IMG/VR virus record: IMGVR_UViG_3300026549_000035
Location: 1-32,917 of that record
Strand: one strand, 5' to 3'
Source of the DNA: a virus
Length of the DNA stretch: 32,917 bases
Under the pieces are notes generated by a model. It was given only the letters and a program-made list of their open reading frames with translations. It did no database searches and was not told the DNA's origin. Below, in pieces: positions 26,591-32,917 of the stretch; position 1 is the stretch's first letter; every line of letters begins with the position of its first letter. The position numbers and the translations under genes were made by a program.

Positions 26591-27616
26591 ATGATGTTTA
26601 AAGATTTTTTAAATAGCCGCATTCCTGCTGCATATAAATCTCAAGCAAAGTATGTTGAATTCGGCTATGGACAAGTTGAACCAAATCATCTTTCCGCTCA
26701 AAGAACTGGTCAAATTTATGCTCAGCTCCCTGCTGATCCAGCAATTAAAATGCTTGAACAAGGTCAGTTTGTAAAGTATGATTACGCAGCAGATGTTGCT
26801 GGTCAGAATGGCGTTGGTAATGGTATTGGTTTGGTAAATTTCACCGGAGCAGGTGAATGGATGCTCGTTTATAACGAGATTAAACTTTATCGCGATCATC
26901 CAGATGGAACTAAACAATGGGATTGCGAATTTGTTATGTTAAAAGACGATTATCAAGCTCGTATTTATAGTCCATATGATTATGAAAATGCTGAACTTGA
27001 ATATAAAGATTGGCATAGACTTAATGGAGTTGATGAAAAAGGTAATACTTCTATTACTCTTAATCAATATGTAACTCTTGATGTTGAAGGTCAAACCGTT
27101 ACCATCGGTGGAGATCGTTATGCTGTAACTACTGCAACTATTCCTGCAGAAGGCACTCAAGGTGAAGAAGGTTATAAACCAGCTCATGAAGCAAAAGTAT
27201 TCTCTTATAAGGGAACTCAGTATGAGCTTGACGAGACTGGCACTTCTAAACTTCAAGTTCCTGTTGAATACCCTTATGATGATGTAACTAAGGATGTTGA
27301 AGATATCTATGAGTGGGGCTTCACTAATGATCCTTGGAGACGTCTTGGTATTTATCATGAAAAGAAAATGCCTGCAGGTACCGCTATGGTTCCTCGTGTC
27401 TTTAAGACAAATGTAGGAGATTTATTTACAACTAACACTGTTGATGAAACAACACTTGCTGTTGGAGATATTTTAATGCCAAGAACTACTGATGGTATTC
27501 TTGTAAAAAATAACACTACTGGTGCAGATACCGCATCTGGTATGAAATGGCAAGTTGTAAAAGTATATACAATGCCTGATAATCAAAAAGGCGTAAAAGT
27601 AATGCGTATCGCTTAA
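26591..27616 (+). CDS. Abundant structural protein (341 aa), possibly a major head or decoration protein. No in-frame TAG. GC-richer codon usage
   Basis: RBS AAAGGAGG. Uninterrupted in the standard code. Composition distinct from neighbouring late genes. Confidence 0.45.
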   Translation: MMFKDFLNSRIPAAYKSQAKYVEFGYGQVEPNHLSAQRTGQIYAQLPADPAIKMLEQGQFVKYDYAADVAGQNGVGNGIGLVNFTGAGEWMLVYNEIKLYRDHPDGTKQWDCEFVMLKDDYQARIYSPYDYENAELEYKDWHRLNGVDEKGNTSITLNQYVTLDVEGQTVTIGGDRYAVTTATIPAEGTQGEEGYKPAHEAKVFSYKGTQYELDETGTSKLQVPVEYPYDDVTKDVEDIYEWGFTNDPWRRLGIYHEKKMPAGTAMVPRVFKTNVGDLFTTNTVDETTLAVGDILMPRTTDGILVKNNTTGADTASGMKWQVVKVYTMPDNQKGVKVMRIA

Positions 27617-27634
27617 TGAAAGGAGAGAAGAGTA

Positions 27635-28741
27635 ATGTTAGATAAAAATAATCTTATTGCTTTAATGAAGCAAGTTGCTAAAGCTGACCCTTCTGCTCCT
27701 GTTGCTTACTCTTGGGAAGGAGAACAACTTTCTTACGAGGCGCTTAATACTACACTTCGTAATGAGCTTAATGAGTTAGCTGGCACATATAGCCAATATC
27801 GTGAAAATAAGAACCTTATTTTCTCTATGATGGAACAAACTCTTGATGAGATTTTACCTAAAAAGGTAGCTCAAAGATATGATCAATTCGCTGAAGTAAA
27901 GAGCTTTGCTCAAGGCGACAAGGCAGTATTCCGTCGTCCATTGAACAATCGTGCTCGTGCAAAACAATTCATCACTCGCGTTGGACTTGCAGGTATTTAT
28001 GAAGTATTCAAGCTTGGACCAGCAGAGAAAGAAAGCTTCGAAGTTCGCACCAGTGCTATCGGTGGAGCTGCTCAAATTGGATTTGAAGAGTTCCTCGATG
28101 GACGTGTTGATTTCTCAGAAGTAACCCGTATTATCATGGAGGGTATGGACGAGCTTATCTATAAAGAGGTTGCGGCTGCCCTTAAAGCTTCTATCAATCA
28201 ACTTCCACCTGCTAACCGTGTTGCTGCAGTTGGTTTTGATGAAGGTGCTATGGATCGTTTAATTCAAATTGCTGCCGCTTATGGAACTCCAACTATTTAT
28301 TGTACTTATGAATTTGCAGTAAAAATGATTCCAAATGAAGCTTGGCGTTATACCGAAGACATGAAACGTGAACTTTGGGAGACTGGTCGTCTTGCTAGTT
28401 ACAAAGGAACTAAAGTTGTTATTTTAGAGCAAGGTTTTGAAGATGAAACTAATACTCGTAAAGTAATTGATCCTGGTTATGCTTGGGTTATTCCTACTGG
28501 AGCAGATGGTAAGCCAGTAAAGATTGCTTTTGAGGGTAATACAATCGTTGATGAATTCAATAACAAAGATCGCTCTCGCGAGATTCAGGTTTATAAAAAG
28601 GTTGGCGTAACTGCTATTCTTGCTAATAATATTTGTTGCTATGTTGATACCGCTCTTCTTGGTCAAATGATCAATTGGAACCTTAATGGTGTAGACGGTA
28701 ATGTAGCTACTTATGATGGTCGTGCAAGCGGCAATATCTAA
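27635..28741 (+). CDS. Putative major capsid protein (368 aa). No in-frame TAG. Followed by a strong intrinsic terminator
   Basis: RBS AAAGGAGAG. Size and position (after portal, scaffold and head protein). Optimised codon usage. Terminator at 28757-28794. Confidence 0.5.
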   Translation: MLDKNNLIALMKQVAKADPSAPVAYSWEGEQLSYEALNTTLRNELNELAGTYSQYRENKNLIFSMMEQTLDEILPKKVAQRYDQFAEVKSFAQGDKAVFRRPLNNRARAKQFITRVGLAGIYEVFKLGPAEKESFEVRTSAIGGAAQIGFEEFLDGRVDFSEVTRIIMEGMDELIYKEVAAALKASINQLPPANRVAAVGFDEGAMDRLIQIAAAYGTPTIYCTYEFAVKMIPNEAWRYTEDMKRELWETGRLASYKGTKVVILEQGFEDETNTRKVIDPGYAWVIPTGADGKPVKIAFEGNTIVDEFNNKDRSREIQVYKKVGVTAILANNICCYVDTALLGQMINWNLNGVDGNVATYDGRASGNI

Positions 28742-28756
28742 TAAAATATAACGGTA

Positions 28757-28794
28757 AGGGGGAGCTGGGGATATTCCCCTCTCTCCCTTTTTTC
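28757..28794 (+). terminator. Intrinsic terminator after the capsid gene
   Basis: Hairpin GGGGGAGCTGGGGAtattCCCCTCTCTCCC followed by TTTTTT. Confidence 0.6.
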
Positions 28795-28824
28795 ATTTTA
28801 ATAAAGAGATAAAGGAGAAAAAAC

Positions 28825-29406
28825 ATGATTACTGAAAATACTACCTATAATGTAAAAAATAGAAGTTCGAGCGTTGTTGTTTACAGAATTCCAGAAAGCA
28901 ATTTACGTCGTGAATTTGCGCCCGGAGAAACTAAGAAAATTCCTTTTGGAGAATTGGAAAAACTTACTTATCAGCAAGGCGGAAGAGAGCTGCTTGAACA
29001 GTTTTTGCAAATTGTTGATGAAGCTGTAACTCAAGATTTAAATATCCATAGAGAAGTAGAATATGATATGTCTGAAAATCAAGTTAAAGAGTTGTTATTA
29101 ACAGGCTCTATAGATGCATTTTTAGATGCTTTAGATTTTGCTCCAATGGGAGTCATTGATCTTATTAAAACCTTATCTGTTTCATTACCTTTAACAGATT
29201 TTAATAAAAGAAAAATCTTAAAAGAAAAAACTGGTTTTGATGTTGATAAAGCTCTTGCTCATATTGAAGAAGAAAAAGAAGAAGACGGAGGGCATATTCA
29301 ACCAATTTCTCATTAGCGCAGAGTACAGCCAGCTACTTCAAATGGTCGTCGAACTACTACAAATTATAAAGTGGTAAACAGAGAAGCTATAAGTCCAAAA
29401 GAATGA
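28825..29406 (+). CDS. Hypothetical structural protein (~193 aa). One in-frame TAG at 29314, then a TGA stop
   Basis: RBS AAAGGAG. The ORF track stops at the TAG. The frame continues 30 codons to TGA. Confidence 0.45.
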
Positions 29407-29423
29407 TTAAGGAGGCGTAAATA

Positions 29424-30032
29424 GTGAATACACAATTTAAGACTATTTACGACCGCTTTCTCGGAAAAATAACTGATGATATGTATGTAGAATTAACTCC
29501 AGAAGACACTTTAAGAGATTTGCAAACTTTATTAATAGATTCTTTACCTGGTTTTGAATTCCCTCGAATTCCTCTAGATGATTATACTCTTTAGACGATT
29601 GTTAAACCTTCAAATGAAGTAACTGATGAAGATTTTGTTCGTGGTCCAGTATGGCATGAGTTAGCTTCAGAGGAAGAAGAGAGTGAAGAAGTATATGTAG
29701 ATCAATCTACTTTTAACTTTGAATTAACTTCAGAAGAAATTAATATTATTGCTATCTTAATGATGTGCGGCTGGGTCCAACGATAGGTTACTTCAATCGA
29801 GAACACTCGCATGAAATATTCTGGCAGTGATTTTAAAATGACCTCTTAGGCAAATCATTTATAGAAATTAATGAGTTTACTCTCAGAGTGTCAAAAACAA
29901 TCTCTCCATATGCAAAGACTTTATAAGCGTAGACGTTTAATTTAGAATGAGAATAGTCCATACAATGGTTTTTATCGTTCTAATTGGGATACGCTGGGAA
30001 GGGGAGTATATTATGATCGATATGACAACTAA
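29424..30032 (+). CDS. Hypothetical protein (~202 aa, GTG start) with five in-frame TAG codons
   Basis: AAGGAGG 8 nt upstream of the GTG. The frame stays open only if TAG is sense. Overlaps the next gene by 20 nt. Confidence 0.4.
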
Positions 30033-30321
30033 TTATGGATTTGATATTACAACCGAAGAAGCCTTTGATAAAAATATTTCTAGATTAACAAATCAAATGT
30101 GGAAATTAATTCCCATGAGAGAAAATGAGGAAGATTGGAAAAAACAACTTAATACAGTTATTTTAGAAATTGCGGGTCTTAATGAAATTTTTATTGAGAA
30201 TCCGCAATTTTTATAGTTACTTTCTAAACTTGAAGGAATAAAAACTAAAGAACCTGATTTTAGTATTTATAGAAAGACTGTATTTGAATCAATTGGACTC
30301 TTACGGGGGTTATGTAAATGA
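30013..30321 (+). CDS. Hypothetical protein (~102 aa) with one in-frame TAG
   Basis: RBS GGGAAGGGGAG. ATG at 30013. TGA stop overlapping the next start (ATGA). Confidence 0.5.
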
Positions 30322-31391
30322 AACGAAAAGAAAAGTTTTTTACTGACGGATTAAGAAATCTCGGAGGAAGATTAGGTTATTTATCTTCTCCCGAATACTC
30401 TGGAAGTTCAGTCCAAGGAGTTTCTTAGATGGCTAATCGTCTTTAGTAGATGGGTGGTCGCACATAGCAAGAACGTATGATTCGAGATAAGCGTCGAAGT
30501 TTAGATAAAGCTTTGCTTTATTCTTATTAGGGTGCTTTTGTTAAAAAAGTGCAAAAATTAGTTAATGAGTCTTCTCCAGAAGACAATTAGCCTCCAGTTC
30601 GTGCTTTAATCAATCCTGATAAAGTAAAATAGGATTATGATGATAAAATTATTTCAATTGGATTTGAGCATGATTATAAAGCAGGAGACGTTTTTGAATG
30701 GGTAAATACTAATTCTTATTGGTTAATTTATTTATAGGATAAAACTGAACTAGCTTATTTCCGAGGGGAAATCCGCAGATGCAGACATACTATTAAGTTT
30801 AAAGATGAAAATGGTAATGAATGTATTACATATGCGGCCGTGCGCGGACCAGTTGAAACAAAAATAGACTATATTCAAAAAAATGGAATATCTGTTGATA
30901 GACCTAATTATTCTTTGCATATACTATTACCTGCAAATGAAGATAATTTAAATTATTTTAATAGATATTCTAAATTTTATCTATTGGAAGATAATAAGAA
31001 AATTTGTTGGCGAGTAGAAGCTACTGATTGGATTTCAACTCCTGGTATATTAGAAATTAGTGCTGTTGAGTATTATGTTAATGAATTTGAAGACGACGTT
31101 GAAAATGGCGTAGTCGGTGGCTTAATAGTAAAAGAAGAAAATCCTAACAATACAGAAGTTGAAAATCTTATTTAGGGAGAATCTTTCATTAAACCTAAGG
31201 GAGCTTATGAATATACTTTTACAGGAGAAGAGCCTGCGGTTTGGTCAATAGATAAAAATAAATACCCAATAGAATATAAAGAGATTAATGATAAAACGAT
31301 TCGATTACGATGGAATTCTAGTTATAGTGGACAATTTGATATCATTTGTAATAATATAACTAAAACTGTTGTTGTTGAGTCTTTATTTTGA
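30318..31391 (+). CDS. Hypothetical structural protein (~357 aa) with ~12 in-frame TAG codons
   Basis: Long open frame under TAG=sense, incorporating ORF 30840..31175. TGA stop. Confidence 0.5.
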
Positions 31392-31405
31392 GATAAAGGA
31401 GTTTA

Positions 31406-32014
31406 ATGCTTATGAAAGTTGTAAATTATTCTTTTCCAAAGTCAAGCTTTTTGGCAGTTGAAAAAGATATGAATCTTTTAATTAATCTATTCTTAAAAAA
31501 TGATAGATTAAAGAAGTTGCTTTATTATGATATTCCAAGCGCATTAGATTAGCCTAATGTGCCACAAGATAAAGCTCTTGAAATGTTTGGAAAACAAATT
31601 AAAATTGTTCCAAAACTAAAAGTTGATTAGCCAGATTTTTGTTATATTATTATCAGTTTTGATAATTTTACTGAAAATATGACTAATCCTGAATTTAGAG
31701 ATAATATAATTTCTTTTGATATTATATGTCATTTTGATCAATGGCAATTAAAAGATACTTAGCTTAGACCTTATAAGATTGCGGCTGAGATTGACAGTAT
31801 GTTAAATGACAAAAGACTTACTGGAATTGGCACAGTGCAATTTTTAGGTGCTAATTAGATTGTATTATCTGATGAATTTGCGGGATTAACTTTAATGTAT
31901 CAAACAATTCATGGATATGATGGAGAGGATTCAAAATATGCATAGAAACCAGGAGAGCAAGAAAGTATAAATGCTAATTGGAATAGGATTTATAATTAGC
32001 CTGATGAATTATGA
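31406..32014 (+). CDS. Hypothetical structural protein (~202 aa) with in-frame TAG codons
   Basis: RBS AAAGGAG. TGA stop overlapping the next ATG. Confidence 0.45.
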
Positions 32015-32732
32015 TATTCGTTTAGCATTAATGTGTGGCTCAGATATTCCAATTCCAGAATGTGGAGTCATATTTCATTAGCCTAGTATAAAAGAAATTG
32101 CTCTTATTGGCGAAAATGATTTTTTTATAGGTGTATAGACTCTATGTATTAATAAAAATATGATTATGTAGGGCGAAACTCTTTTATCAAATACAAGTAA
32201 TTTTTAGATATTTATGACAATAATGCAAGAAAAAGAAACTGCTGATAAAAAAGATGCTATTAAATCACTATTTTCTTTAATTTTTCCTAATCAGAAATTA
32301 ATAATAACTCCAAGAGGTATGGTTCTTAGCGAAGGAGAAAATAGTGCTACTATTGATGAAACAAATTTTGATTTTTTATAGCAAGTTTCTTTTTAGGCGT
32401 TTTGTATTAATACAGGTCCTATGGATGCTCAAACATTTAACCCTGCTAATGAAAAAGCTAAAGAAATAGCAGATAAATTAATGCGCGCTCGACAAAGAGT
32501 AGCCGAGCAAAAGGGTGGAAATGGAAGTATTTTTTCTTAGTATATTTCTACTTTAACGGTTGGATTAAATTCAATGAGTATAGAAAACTGTTGTAATTTA
32601 ACTATGTATTAGCTTTTTGATTTAGTAGAAAGATATATGCTTTGGGTTAATTGGGATCTTGATGTAAAATCACGCTTAGCAGGTGGAAAACCTGATAAGC
32701 AACCAGACAATTGGATGAAAAATATCCATTAA
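32004..32732 (+). CDS. Hypothetical structural protein (~242 aa) with ~12 in-frame TAG codons
   Basis: Frame open from ATG 32004 to TAA 32730-32732 under TAG=sense. Confidence 0.45.
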
Positions 32733-32754
32733 TAAAAAAAGGAGGAAAATACCC

Positions 32755-32917
32755 ATGAAATTTGGTGTTCGTGAAATTTGCGATGTTGTTCTTAGAGCAA
32801 AAGCTGCCCAAAAAGTCGGTAATAAAGTTTTTTATAAGAATGAACCAGTTATTTATTTTGATAGTTTAAAAACTTCTACTTTAGAAGGCGCAGCTACTAC
32901 TGTATATGCTCAAGGTG
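32755..32917 (+). CDS. Putative tail or structural protein, 5' fragment (runs off the window). No TAG in the first 54 codons
   Basis: Strong RBS AAAGGAGGAAAAT. Sequence MKFGVREICDVVLRAKAAQKVGNKVFYKNEPVIYFDSLKTSTLEGAATTVYAQG. Confidence 0.5.
   Translation, partial: MKFGVREICDVVLRAKAAQKVGNKVFYKNEPVIYFDSLKTSTLEGAATTVYAQG

Noticed and set aside
26609-28666. Four minus-strand ORFs (73-139 aa) inside the capsid-region genes
   Set aside because: Antisense to well-supported plus-strand structural genes. Low-complexity and AT-rich. No signals.
15973-32917. Interpreting the many in-frame TAGs as pseudogenisation or sequencing error
   Set aside because: TAGs occur in nearly every late gene, yet frames and conserved motifs continue intact after each one. 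TAA and TGA are used consistently as terminators. The two most highly expressed genes have no TAG. The pattern is systematic rather than random decay.

Overview
This window looks like a contiguous piece of a virulent-type tailed phage genome, probably infecting a Firmicutes host, with two very different halves. The host guess rests on an AbrB-family gene, AAAGGAGG-type ribosome-binding sites and perfect SigA-type promoters.

(1) Positions ~90-14770: a minus-strand early module at ~43% GC in the standard genetic code. It holds ~35 tiny genes (41-190 aa). Almost every gene has its own consensus sigma-A promoter (TTGACA-17-TATAAT), a stereotyped leader (AAAGACA...AAAGAGAGGAG) and a hairpin terminator. 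This architecture resembles a host-takeover module. The module also contains:
- an AbrB-like regulator;
- a HAD-family 5'-deoxyribonucleotidase;
- two pairs of duplicated genes and a family of 56-65 aa paralogs;
- a tRNA-Lys(UUU) carried inside an operon;
- several promoter-driven transcripts with no ORF (candidate small or non-coding RNAs);
- five families of palindromic operator-like motifs, the most striking being CGCCCGGGCG, which occurs ~20 times.

(2) Positions ~14100-15500: a structured non-coding transition region with perfect 37-bp direct repeats, CCGTAGCGG motifs and a CT/GT tandem tract.

(3) Positions ~15500-32917: a plus-strand late and structural module at ~30% GC. It encodes terminase, portal, scaffold, capsid proteins and the start of the tail genes. 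TAG is an in-frame sense codon throughout this module, so the stop codon is reassigned, most plausibly to Gln (genetic code 15). Genes here end in TAA or TGA. The module contains three homologous group I intron-like elements with conserved R and S ribozyme cores. Two carry HNH homing endonucleases. The third is ORF-less and splits the large terminase near its Walker A motif.

The most interesting system is the combination of: a standard-code, host-like early module; a recoded AT-rich late module; a phage tRNA; and a boundary gene that has a sigma-A promoter and a tandem TAG-NNN-TAG before a C-terminal zinc-ribbon domain. That gene is a candidate suppressor-dependent timing switch.

All coordinates of promoters, introns and non-coding RNAs are approximate. 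No database search was possible, so functions are inferred from motifs only.
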